A stretch of 49,225 nucleotides of DNA, the filler included, from Catajapyx aquilonaris (Eukaryota): NCBI GenBank assembly GCA_000934665.2. It is 3 parts of 3 records of this genome, joined end to end, with 100 filler letters (N's around TTAATTAATTAA, not from the genome) between each part and the next. Parts side by side here need not be neighbours in the genome. Positions count along the whole stretch, not along the records: positions 1 to 16,344 come from JYFJ02007228.1; 2 more parts are not named here. One strand, given 5' to 3'. The notes below the pieces were generated by a model that was given only the letters and a program-made list of their open reading frames with translations, was not told the DNA's origin and did not search any database. This document shows, piece after piece, positions 1 to 11,633 of this stretch. A program made the position numbers and the translations under genes. Numbering within the stretch: the stretch's first letter is position 1; each line of letters begins with the position of its first letter.

Positions 1-522
1 TTCTCCACCAAGGAACGCGGTCATTTCATCCTCGACTTGAGCCCCGTGCAAAGAAAAGTGGATTTATTTTTATTTTAAGTTCCCATTTAAGCCTGTCGAA
101 GTTCATGTGATTTCATGCACAACTTCGCATTCACAATGTAACACATTCAGGTGCAATTTCTTTTACCAGTTCAGGTTCCATGTCAAAATATATTTCAGAA
201 GCCGAAATTTGGGTTCTTTCTGATTCCAACGACGTATCACACATTGCCAACAAGTCATTTTCAATTTTTGTCCCAGATGTTTACTTTTACGTGGAATTGC
301 TCAACCGTTCCATGCGTCTCCGTTTTTGTCGTAGAGGGTTAGGTATTTGCACAAAGCATGTTTAATGAAAGATTAATTTTTATTCCGTATTCATCATGAG
401 GTCGAATAAAATCGAAGCCGTACCATACCTGTATGTTGAGTAGAATTTGGTGTCCTTCCAATTGAGGAAATTTCATGACGTCACTACCTTATCTGGGATG
501 CACCATTTGCATATCGAAACTA

Positions 523-2454
523 CCAGGAGTGTTCAAAAAAGAGCGAACTTTTTCAATACAGAGTCTATTCCTCAATTTGCAACATTTTAAGAAATGTCCC
601 CTTCAAAGTAGTTCCCTCCACTGGCAATAGACAGCGTTTAATTTTTCTTCTTCCATTGTTGGAATGCTTCCTGGAATGCGCTTCCTGTGATGGTGCGCAG
701 TGCTCGTGTCGCATTGTCCTGAATCGCCTCTATGGTTCAGAAATGACGTCATTTAAAATTGGTTTTAAGTGTTGACTATAGGAAAAAGTCTGCTGGGGCT
801 AAGTCCGGAGAATAGGGTAGATTGGCACAACGGATGTCTAATGTTTTGCCAGATAACTGATGAGGATGGAGGAGCAATGTGTGAGTCAGAGCAATTTGGG
901 AGCCAGTGCATTGCCATGGTGCAATATCCAAGTGTGGCTTTCCCACAATTTAGGTCTTTCCAGGGCACAGCATCCTTCAGACGCACTAAAACATTCTGGT
1001 ACAACACTGTTTGTCTGCCAATCTGACAACATGGTCTAAATTCATAAAGAAAATGCCTTTCCACTCCAAAAACACAACCATCATCACCTTGACCTTTAAT
1101 CGACTCTGTTCAGCTGTGCCTCTTTTGGTCCGAGAGACCCTTCCCAAGTATGCTTGGTACAGCAATTGAAATGTCTCGGTAGAGTTTTTATCAATTTTTT
1201 AGCGAAATTTCACACAAACACATTGTTTTTCAAGCTCTCTCATTTTCACTTTCTCACTAATTCGACAAACAGCTTGTCTGCCCTGCCAAGCAAGAACGCA
1301 GGAACTAACAATAAGCAAATTTTCGGCAAATGACGAATTTCTCTCGCATGCTCCATTTACGACACTAAGGATGCTACTTTTTGTGCCTGCAATATTTCGG
1401 CACTGCCATATCGGAGAACGGCCGCAATAAGACCGAATGAAGCAGAATAAAAGCGCCAACCACGCTCCACAACAAAGCATTTACCGCCAAAATGTTAGTT
1501 ACTGCGTTCTTGCTAGGCAGGGCAGTTGTTCAAATGCTCACTTATGTGGATGTAGCTTGATGACCAATGGCAATAAACGTGGCAGATGGCAATTTGTTGT
1601 CAAGACATGTACAGGTGCAGTCATTAAGTTCGAAGCCCGAATTAAATCTCGGCTCCCATTTAACATATCACGGCCAAATATTTATGGCACATCGAGAGAC
1701 TCTTTAGGGTGCAGAAGAAAAAAAAGAGGGCGTTGGCTCATATTCGATAATAGTTCTGGTCGTTTTCCCGAGAGGGCGCGCGGGAGTTCGGCGATGAGAA
1801 TAAATAACACAAAATGGCGCCTGAGCGGAGGTTTGAGGAGCAACGCAACTCGATCAAATTTTGTGTGTTGCTGGCCCATACTCCCCAGGAAACACTGGGC
1901 ATGTTGAGGAAGGCGTACGGCAAATGTGCTGCTCTCTCATGGCCGGCTGTAAAAAATTGGCATCGGCGTCTCGGCTAGTGATGGGCCGCCCGCTGCGAGG
2001 ATTGTCCGATGTTGTCTCTCGGCCCTCCAGGAAACGCCGATGCCACTTTTTTACAGCCGGCCATGAGAGAGCAGCACATTTGCCGTACGCCTTCCTCAAC
2101 ATGCCCAGTGTTTCCTGGGGAGTATGGCCCAGCAACACACAAAATTTGATCGAGTTGCGTTGCTCCTCAAACCTCCGCTCAGGCGCCATTTTGTGTTATT
2201 TATTCTCATCGCCGAACTCCCGCGCGCCCTCTCGGGAAAACGACCAGAACTATTATCGAATATGAGCCAGCGCCCTCTTTTTTTCCTCTTCACCCTAAAG
2301 AGTTTCTCGATGTGCCATAAATATTTGGCCGTGATATGTTAAATGGGAGCCGAGATTTAATTCGGGCTTCGAACTTAATGACTGCACCTTGTATCTCTAT
2401 GTGCTGGCTGACCCGCTATTTAAAAAGTTTGTCCTTTTTTTTGAACGCCCCTCG
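523..2454 (-). mobile_element. Degenerate mariner DNA transposon (copy 1) with a nested foldback element
   Basis: TA at 521-522 and 2455-2456. Imperfect TIRs ccaggagtgttcaaaaaa / ttttttgaacgcccctcg. Minus-strand transposase relic: MRELEKQCVCVKF from 1243, YSPDLAPADFFL from 814 followed by an in-frame stop, C-terminal IASGGNYFEGD near 600-630. Confidence 0.9.
1612..2391. mobile_element. Palindromic (foldback) mariner-derived non-autonomous element made of two 5' ends of a second mariner family
   Basis: TA at 1610-1611 and 2392-2393. Arms of about 355 bp are near-perfect inverted copies. Each arm encodes a mariner N-terminal HTH (MAPERRFEEQRNSIKFCVLL.HTPQETLGMLRKAYG...): + strand 1814-1978, - strand from 2189. 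Confidence 0.9.
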
Positions 2455-2554
2455 TATGCAGACTGAACCCAGGGTACGGGTGGAACAATAGTGGGTAGCA
2501 TTGTCCAATGTCCATGGAAAGAACCAGCCCGGGTTAGACCTCATTCTTGTTCCA

Positions 2555-3405
2555 TTTTATCCTTGGCAATGAGCAAAAGTCTACTAGAATCACCCTCCAA
2601 GTGTTCATGCTTTAGAAAGTTATTTTCCTTTGGTTACGTTTGCAACTCGAAATGATTCTTGACAACATTACATGACCTTGTTGCCCAATTTTGATAATTA
2701 TTTTCCTTGGCAATGAGAGAAAGTGTACTGGAATCATGCTCCAGGTGTTCATTCTTTAGAAAGGAGGAGGCACAAAATATATGGCCGAGTGGCCTTCCGC
2801 TCGATTTTCCTGAAAATTGGATATGTTACGCCCAGAGCATCCTGATCAATGTTAGATAGGGGCATTTCGAGGTAGGACCTACAGGGAGCATGCTAATTGC
2901 TATTCATCGAAGAGGCTAGAAGACGGACTGTGAGAGAAACCTCGCTTCCTTACATTGACCCAATGAATGTTGAAGTGCAGCTGGAGGAAACTCCTGATGA
3001 CAACCTTCAAGGAGTATAATTTGAACCAGATGAATAGGTAATAAAGATTAATAGATAATTTAATGCAATAACCATTGAGTACCTGAGACTTACGTTAGTG
3101 TAGTCTACTACTCCTCCTATTACATTCGGAGGTCATTACTCATTAGCATGCTCCCTGTAGGTCCTACCTCGAAATGTCCCTATCTAACATTGATCAGGAT
3201 GGTCTGGGCTACAACATATCCCATTTTCAGGCAAATCTAACGGAAGGCCACTCGGCCATAAATTTTGTGCCTCGTCCTTTATTTTCCTTTGGTTACTTTC
3301 GCAACTCAAATTTATTATTGACAAAATTTATGCCATTGTTGGCCAATTTCGATACCGTAATATTTTTCCGTCGCGATGAGAAAAAGTATACTGGAATCAC
3401 GCTCT
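2555..3405. repeat. Degenerate ~145-bp tandem repeat (about 2.3 units) interrupted by a MITE
   Basis: The unit ttccttggcaatgag..aaagt.tact.gaatca recurs near 2560, 2703 and 3365; ttattttcctttggttac recurs near 2620 and 3280. Confidence 0.65.
2760..3280. mobile_element. MITE with ~140-bp terminal inverted repeats (AGG...CCT ends, possibly Kolobok-type)
   Basis: 2760-2897 is an inverted copy of 3142-3280. TSD not resolved. Confidence 0.75.
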
Positions 3406-3425
3406 TGTTTCTTTCTCCTTAACAG

Positions 3426-3647
3426 TGGGATGCTCGTCTGATGCTGAGTGTCCAAACGACCGTGCCTGTCGAGATGGTGAGTGCGTGGACCCATGTATGC
3501 TTGCTGATGGATGAGCCTGTGTGAACGAACGTTGTTCCAGCCCATGCTCATGTGGACCGAACTCAAAGTGTAGGGTCATAGGTCAGCAAGCCGTTTGCAT
3601 CTTCCCTGCTGGATATTCAGGACGTCCCGAAATTGGATACTACAAGC
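3426..3647 (+). pseudogene. Isolated Dumpy-like (DPY/EGF module) exon, disrupted
   Basis: Flanked by ttaacag and gtaatt. Translates to GCSSDAECPNDRACRDGECVDPCMLADG*ACVNERCSSPCSCGPNSKCRVIGQQAVCIFPAGYSGRPEIGYYK: DPY/EGF cysteine spacing with an in-frame TGA and lost cysteines. Confidence 0.75.
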
Positions 3648-3855
3648 GTAATTGTTATATGCATTTGTTTTGTTTTCATGCTTTTTTAGACTTTTTCTCA
3701 TCGAATAAAGGCTGATAGAACAGCTCTGTCTGTCCGTGGACGGATATGAGGGTCTACACCGCAGGGGGTAGCGACAAACTGTTTTCGGATTCGGATTCAG
3801 CGGACCCTAAGCATTGACTGTCGCGATCTGTTTTTCCGTGTTCACTTAGCTTTCC

Positions 3856-5299
3856 GCCATCTGCCACGTTTATTGCCATTGGTCATCAAGCTACATCCAC
3901 ATAAGTGAGCACTTGGACAACTGCCCTGCCTAGCAAGAACGCAGTAACTAACATTTTGGCGGTAAATGCTTTGTTGTGGAGCGTGGTTGGCACTTTCATT
4001 ATGCTTCATTCGGTCTTATTGCGGCCGTTCTCCGATATGGCAGTGCCGAAATATTGCAGGCACAAAAAGTAGTGTGACCGTAATTTTTCCGGTCCTATTT
4101 GATATTCCCTTGTATACCTACTATTTTGTGCATCAATGTACTGGCATGTCATGTGACTTTTCCGTGCAACCATTTCCCATCAGCCTCAGCACCTAGCGCG
4201 TGCATCACCAAACTCCCATCGACCACTGCGCGTAACCGCAGTATCCCTGACTATAAAAACGGGAGCAACTGAGCACCCGAGATCAGTTGCTGGGACAATA
4301 TTCTGGCAGCTAGTCGGTCTACACTTGTGGACCTTCCCACATTACCCACCTTTACCTAGCTATCCCGCTAACGTACTTAGTTGCTTTGCAATAAACTGTG
4401 CTTGACCAACAACCCACTGTGCTTTCTTTCCGTGTGATCCAGCCGCTCGGGTCACAGTAGCATCCTTAGTGTCGTAAATGGAACATGCGAGAGAAATTCG
4501 TCATTTGCCGAAAATTTGCTTATTGTTAGTTCCTGCGTTCTTGCTTGGCAGGGCAGACAAGCTGTTTGTCGAATTAGTGAGAAAGTGAAAATGAGAGAGC
4601 TTGAAAAACAATGTGTTTGTGTGAAATTTCGCTAAAAAATTGATAAAAACTTTACCGAGACATTTCAATTGCTGTACCAAGCATACTTGGGAAGGGTCTC
4701 TCGGACCAAAAGAGGCACAGCTGAACAGAGTCGATCAAAGATCAAGGTGATGTTGGTTGTGTTTTTGGAGTGGAAAGGCATTTTCTTTATGAATTTAGAC
4801 CATGTTGTCAGATTGGCAGACAAACAGTGTTGTACCAGAATGTTTTAGTGCGTCTGAAGGATGCTGTGCCCTGGAAAGACCTAAATTGTGGGAAAGCCAC
4901 ACTTGGATATTGCACCATGGCAATGCACTGGCTCCCAAATTGCTCTGACTCACACATTGCTCCTCCATCATCATCAGTTATCTGGCAAAACATTAGACAT
5001 CCGTTGTGCCAATCTACCCTATTCTCCGGACTTAGCCCCAGCAGACTTTTTCCTATAGTCAACACTTAAAACCAATTTTAAATGACGTCATTTCTGAACC
5101 ATAGAGGCGATTCAGGACAATGCGACACGAGCACTGCGCACCATCACAAGAAGCGCATTCCAACAATGGAAGAAGAAAAATTAAACGCTGTCTATTGCCA
5201 GTGGAGGGAACTACTTTGAAGGGGACATTTCTTAAAATGTTGCAAATTGAGGAATAGACTCTGTATTGAAAAAGTTCGCTCTTTTTTGAACACTCCTGG
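3856..5299 (+). mobile_element. Mariner copy 2, an inverted duplicate of 523-1590 lacking the 5' terminus
   Basis: Reverse complement of copy 1 with a few substitutions and a 12-bp deletion near 5160. ATG at 4591, YSPDLAP at 5020-5040, TIR then TA at 5300-5301. Confidence 0.9.
4073..4456 (+). mobile_element. Solo LTR (384 bp), Gypsy-like 4-bp TSD
   Basis: TGTGACC...GGTCACA termini. GTAG duplicated at 4069-4072 and 4457-4460. TATAAAA near 4252, AATAAA near 4390. The empty site is visible in the paralogous arm near 1365-1385. Confidence 0.9.
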
Positions 5300-5373
5300 T
5301 AGTTTCGATATGCAAATGGTGCATCGCAGAAAAGGTAGTGACGTCATGAAATCGCATCAATTTGAGGGACACC

Positions 5374-5639
5374 TGGGTTGTGGTGCACATTGGGCCCATG
5401 CAGGGATAGGGTGCACTGCGGGATCGTGCAGTGGTGGGGTGCACCTAGCGGCCGTCCCGGTTGTGGTGCTCTGAGGTATCGTGCAGGGTTGTGATGCACA
5501 TTGGATAGTCCTTTTGCAGGGATGAGGGTGCACGGAAGGGGCGTGCCGGGTTGCCGGGCTCGGTGTGGGCATGCCGGGTTGTGGTGCACTGTCGGATCGT
5601 CGTGCAGGGATGGGGTGCATTATTTCCACTATTTATTTA
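5374..5639 (+). repeat. GCCGGGWTGYGGTGC-type subrepeats, probably rDNA intergenic spacer
   Basis: Same motif family as the array at 15036-16344 that abuts the 18S fragment. Confidence 0.6.
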
Positions 5640-6049
5640 CTAGTTAGTAGTATGGTAGGGGTTGGAGCTGGCCAACCTTGACCTTTGACCTTGACCTGTG
5701 ACCTCCAAAGGTCGAGCGTATTCAGCGCCCCATTGACAGGTGAGTGACAGGTGCATATATTTATTCGTATAAGTGGGGCAAATGGGGCAAAATATTAGGC
5801 GGGTCATGCATATTGTTGACACGGAGAGGCCAGCTCGAGAGGATGCTCCGGGGCAAATGAAGCAGGAAAACCAGATAGGTGGGCCATTGTTGTCACGAAC
5901 GGCGAGCTCATCTCCCGAGAGGATGCTCCGAGGCAATTGATACCTAAGCAGGACAACCGCTCAGATAGGTGGACCCAAAATATGCATGCCATTGACACCT
6001 CATTGTCGAAAACAATGGGAGCATTTTTCCCTGCCCTTTGGAGGAGGAA

Positions 6050-8330
6050 GGCACAATAGAATAAAATGAGGGATCCGAGTGGGAAGAAAAATATTATTGT
6101 GAGGAAAAAATATAATGTACAGAGAAATTATGCCGCCGGTGTGCATGCCCATACCAAGCAACAAAACAGGGCTTCCACCTTGCCCAAAAATATTTTAACA
6201 GTGTTGCCAATTCGGATATTTTCCAGCCACAAAAAAAATCGACTGAAAAGTGCCCAAATATATCTCTCAATAATAAGTCACATAGAGCGTAATAAGGCGA
6301 AACCATATGTTGCATAGCACACAAGGTCACGCGAAAGAAGAACAATGGTAGCGTGGGAGGGAATTAAAAAAAAGAGGAGCACGCGATCTGAGTGGGAAGG
6401 ATATATTATTGGGAGGAAAAAAATATGTACAAATAAACTCTCCAGATGCCTATTTATACCAGGTAAAAAAAACCAACAAGAATGCGAGCAAAACATTTAT
6501 TTCCCATTGTTACAGTTTGGTGGTACGGGGAGAGGAGAAAGCGATTAAACAAAAAGCTCTCGTTCCTCTTGCATGATATTGGGATGAATGTGACTAACGA
6601 AAGATAACATCTCTGAAAAAATCTTGTCCAGTTCTTCTATCCCTGCCTGCGGTTCCCGTGATTGGTCGACAGGATCCTGGCTTGTGATTGGTCCATGCCA
6701 ATAACCCATGTTACGAGTCACCCTGTACTTGGGGCCGGTGACTACACACATAACCCCCCTGTTACGAGTCACCCTGTCTCGCCGAAAAGGACCTTCTGCG
6801 CCAACAGGGGATAGAAAGCGGAGCCATCTTTGTAAGAGATTTTTTTTTGTAAGCTGTAATATATCCGTCAAAGCATGCTCAACAGAAAGCCAGGGAATGC
6901 ATCATTTGAACAAAGTTATTGTCATTAAATAAACCCAAGTTATTGTATGCTGGCAACAATGTCAAGGCCCCTGTCCTTTCCCAAATTGTACCGACTGGTG
7001 GACCAAACCCCGCATGCCATTGTTGACACATGGATTGTTGCCGGACCAGAGGGGTGGCGAAAAAGATTCCTGGGGTACCCCGAGCTAGGTGTGATATGTA
7101 ACAGGTCTATGAGAAGCGGGGAAAAAAGGCTACAATAATGTCACGTCTCATTAATTATTCGCGAGTTGGAAGGCACAATAGACGAATGCGACAAAAGAGG
7201 AGCACGCGATCCGAGTGGGAAGAAAAAATAATTATGTACAAATGTCCAGAGAAATTATGCCGCCGGTGTGCATAATCATGCCCATTTTTATACCAGGCAA
7301 AACCCCGAAACAGGGCTTCGATGACACCTTAAAAGTGTCCAAAATATTTTAACAGTGTTGCCAATTCAGGGCGGAAAGGGGATAGACTCAGCTTCCAGCC
7401 ACAAAAATTCGACTGAAAAGTGCCCCAAATATATCTCACTAATTAAAGTAAGTGACATATATCGGAATAAGTGCACCCGCCACGGTTGGCAGGAGACCTG
7501 GATAATTCTGGATTGTTCTTAAGTTAGCGCATATGTAAGGTCACATTTATTCTTTTGTCCATGTGAATATTCGCAATGTCGCAGGGCGGACTCGGATGCT
7601 TCCCATACGAAAAAGGGTCCAAATTGCCCCGGGTTCCGGGGTCACCCCCTGCAAAAGTACCCAAAAACAATCTAACTCCAATAAGCGGGTTTTGGCTGCT
7701 CTCTATACATTTTACCCCACAAGCACACATTTAACAACCAACCAAGGTTGGTGAGGGAGGTGGACAAGGGCACATATCAAGGTCCCCATTGTGTTGACAG
7801 ATGATGGGAATGAGGTCACGCGCCCAGCACAATGATCTCCTATGTAAAAGTCTATGTCTTTGATATACCCTATTACCTGATATATTTATTTATTTCGGCC
7901 CAGATCTGGTGACCCGGATGCCGGGGCCAACCCATCTCAAAATGCCCAAAAATATATTTCAATGGCGGCTGGAGGCCACCATCCAGCTTGGAAGGATGGA
8001 GGGAGGGAGTGAGGGGGTTCAGTTGGTGGGGGAAAAAAGAGAGGCTATGGTAAGCACATGTTATGCACAGGGAAGACACATGCATGCCATTGTTACCACG
8101 GAATATCATTGTTGACACCCCAAGGATTGTTGAGGCAACATGCGATCGGTGATAGGTCCTTTTACAAGCTTATCAGAGTGTTATTGAGAAGAAAAATGTT
8201 AGTATTATTGAGAAGAAAAAATATGTACAAATAAACTCTCCAGAGAAATTATGCCGCCGGTGTGCATAATCTTGTCAATTTTTATGCTTATACCAGGCAA
8301 AACCCCAAAACAGGGCTTCGATGAGGGTAA
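6050..8330 (+). repeat. Degenerate ~1-kb internal direct repeats containing the inner end of the TIR
   Basis: cagagaaattatgccgccggtgtgcat occurs near 6120, 7247 and 8242; gagcacgcgatc.gagtgggaag near 6377 and 7200. Confidence 0.7.
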
Positions 8331-9329
8331 GAGGGCAGGCAATAGCACCCAAGATTGTATGCATTTTGACAGATTTTCACACAATAGATCTTTGTGCAGG
8401 GGCGGGGCGTGAAAAAGTTCCTCTTGCTTATTTTTTGTGCTTGCAACCATATCGGGCAAATAAAAATAAATAAATAAATTGCGAGCAACCCATATTTCTT
8501 TTCCAATACATTTTAGGACTCGGAGGATGAGCCGCGACTACACAAAATATTACATGCTTATCGGTCTATTTAGCGTTATATTTTGTCACCTAACAATGTG
8601 CACATGTCCTTGTGCTGTACTAGAAGGATATGAGTTGCAACGAGGAGCTGATATGTTTAATTTTCCGAGCAAGGAAAAAATAAGTGTACCGTGTGGTTAA
8701 GAAAAGGCGGATAGAAGGTGCTTGCCTGTTCGGCCTGGCCCGTATAGAGGATGGTGTCGCTAATATTTTCCCCGACCCCACACACGGAGATGATGATACC
8801 GCCATTTTCCATACTCCGAGGTCTTTATTCAATGTACCCCTCAGTTGTCACAATGTTCCAGGAGAGAAATTTTTACGTTCATTTTTGACTTGTTGTAATT
8901 GACCAGGAAGGTGGGAAAGCTCATGATGACCCCAAAAAAGCACCCAAAAATATATCTCCACCCAAAAATATATCTCATCAATTGAGTTCATCACCCCACC
9001 TCCCCTACCCAACCTATTTTTCCGTCACAAAAAAAAGTTGTGGCCACGGGCCTGTTGCATATGGGGCGGTATCAGGTTACAGTCCAAGCCCTTTTCTTCC
9101 TATGTACGATTGTACCAACCGCAACCCGGCGCGGCGGCTCCTAATGAATCGTTAGGATCCCTTTTAACGCATATAGTAACGATCCGTTAGGAGCTATTGG
9201 ATCGGTACTTTCATTGATGAAATCAGGGATGGAGCCCCTTTACACATTTCGCCGCCTTTTGGCACGTTTCACGCGACGGGGCTTCCTCCAGCGCGCCGCC
9301 ACCCGAGCAGGCAGGGGCAAGGCGAGGCC

Positions 9330-9885
9330 GGGATATGGCGGCATGGCAGCGATCCTACATGCATGGTGCTAACTGGCCGACATGGCACTACCCGGCAACT
9401 TGCGGCATGGATACATACACATGCTGCAACACGGCTGACACGGAGCGAGGCAGGGGCATGCAGCAGGGCAAGGGAACGGATGAGGGGAGGGCATGGAGAC
9501 ATGGCAGCAGGGCAGGGAACCTCGGTCATGCATGGTGCTACCAGGAGGCAGGGCAACATTGGAACATTCAGGACATGGGCATGGGGCACATGGAAGAGGC
9601 GAGAGCATGGAGACATGGCAGCAGGGCAGGGACCCCGGTCATGGAAGGCGATACCAGGAGGCAGGGCAACATGGGGGTCACACATGCAGGACAACCAGGG
9701 GCAACATACTGTAGATGACATGGGGCGAGGCAGGGACACGCTACATGGCAAGGGGTAAGGGGGAGGCATGGACATAGCGACATGGTAGCGGCCCGGACAT
9801 GCAAGGTGCTAACAGGGCGACCGATGCCGCAACGCGGATGACATGGGGCAGGGCAGGGCAGGGGAGGGGAGGGACATGTGGGGAG
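9330..9885 (+). repeat. G-rich degenerate tandem repeats inside the Polinton-like element
   Basis: Recurrent gcatggagacatggcagcagggcaggga, ccaggaggcagggcaacat and gcatggtgcta motifs. Confidence 0.7.
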
Positions 9886-11633
9886 GGTCCCCGAAATTTT
9901 AGTAAAGACCAAACACGCGCGTTTCAGCCCGATCTGTCTGGCCATCGCCGCAACCCCCCACCCCGTCGGCCGTCTCATTCCCCGGCACGCCCGAGTGGCT
10001 CTTGTTGACCGCGGCCAGCTCAACGTCTCCCCTTTCAGCGCCCCGTGATCGCTGCCAATGTGGGAAAAGGTAGCCACGACCGTGCCCAGCAGTGGCGGGA
10101 GGCACTGCCCCCCACGCCTGTCCCTCAACGCGCGCCTAGTCTCCCACGCAAGCCTTTGCCTGTATCCCCTATATCTCCGCGCCCAAAATGCATTGGGAGT
10201 ATGGCTCCATGCTGTATCATTTTTCTGCTCGCAGGGAAAAGTTCCCCATCTCGGCTCGGCTACCCTCCGAAAGGCATGCCAAGCACAGCTTTCCCCGCCT
10301 TCACTCTCCGAGTCCCGGACCCAACCGGGTACAATAGGAGATCTGCACCATCCCCACCCACCCCAGACCCAGCTCCGTGGAGGAACGCTTCCCCAACTAT
10401 CGATAAGCAGGCCACCTCTGGCGACACCGAGAGATCGCGCCGCCCAAAGGCCCGAAGGTCTCAACGCCCCAGGACGAAGAGACCGGACGGATGTGCTCTC
10501 GTAAGGGTCGAAGCGAGGCAACCAAGCCCATCCGCTCCACACACATCAGCCCCACAACATTGGCAAATCACCTGGAGTATTATAACGCGTCAAAACCCCC
10601 AGCCTTGCCCCGACACCGGCAAGACCCCACCGCCGCTGGTCTCAAGGCATGTCAATTGGGGATCATATTCCATGTATCCGGACCTTCTCTCTCCGCCTTA
10701 TGATGGGGAAAAAAGATGTTCTCTGCCTTCGAAAGTCCCTTATCGCCCTCCCACTCCAAAAGAGCTGCCTCCAAAATCTTCCACCTCCTCGCAATCCATT
10801 CGGCAGAGGGGCCAACCGGAGGATCATCTGGTCGTCGACATACGCTTGGCGACACACTCGAACCGGGCCCGGTGCGGCCGCGTTGGCCTTCCCCTGGGAA
10901 GTTGACCGAGCTGGGTGTCAAAAGTGATAGCTAGTGCTGAGGTATACATGGGGTTGAAATGTTGTCATTTTTGCAATTGTTTCATGTTTCAAGCGAAATA
11001 GGTGTCTTAAAGACTATTTATTTTATTTTCTGAGAATGTCTAAAAGGACGCTATAACAAATAAATTTTTAGGTGACATACCACGCACATAGATGTAAAGG
11101 AATTTATTTGTTATAGCGTCCTTTTAGAGCACACCGGCGGCATAATTTCTCTGTACATTATATTTTTTCCTCACAATAATATTTTTCTTCCCACTCGGAT
11201 CCCTCATTTTATTCTATTGTGCCTTCCTCCTCCAAAGGGCAGGGAAAAATGCTCCCATTGTTTTCGACAATGAGGTGTCAATGGCATGCATATTTTGGGT
11301 CCACCTATCTGAGCGGTTGTCCTGCTTAGGTATCAATTGCCTCGGAGCATCCTCTCGGGAGATGAGCTCGCCGTTCGTGACAACAATGGCCCACCTATCT
11401 GGTTGTCCTGCTTCATTTGCCCCGGAGCATCCTCTCGAGCTGGCCTCTCCGTGTCAACAATATGCATGACCCGCCTAATATTTTGCCCCATTTGCCCCAC
11501 TTATACGAATAAATATATGCACCTGTCACTCACCTGTCAATGGGGCGCTGAATACGCTCGACCTTTGGAGGTCACAGGTCAAGGTCAAAGGTCAAGGTTG
11601 GCCAGCTCCAACCCCTACCATACTACTCTAGTT

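Larger units (their letters stand above)
5646..11627. mobile_element. Non-autonomous Polinton/Maverick-like element (5,982 bp)
   Basis: Termini AGTAGT...ACTACT. 499-bp TIRs (5646-6144 and 11129-11627) with one visible mismatch (5868/11405). Perfect 6-bp TSD CTAGTT at 5640-5645 and 11628-11633. No convincing pPolB, integrase or capsid ORF inside. Confidence 0.8.

Noticed and set aside
160..520. Exon-like minus-strand segments with GT donors near 428 and 166
   Set aside because: They contain stops and cannot be assigned to any family.
10818..10885. Faint resemblance to the 18S 3' end / 5.8S (ggatcat, gacacactcgaac..tgcggcc)
   Set aside because: Only short words match; the conserved 5.8S core GATGAAGAACGCAGC is absent.
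9269..10934. Long overlapping ORFs (up to 324 aa) inside the Polinton-like element
   Set aside because: GC-rich, open on both strands and low complexity. Short resemblances (FQPDL, HW..EYY, SMYP) lack the catalytic residues and spacing of integrase, protease or pPolB.
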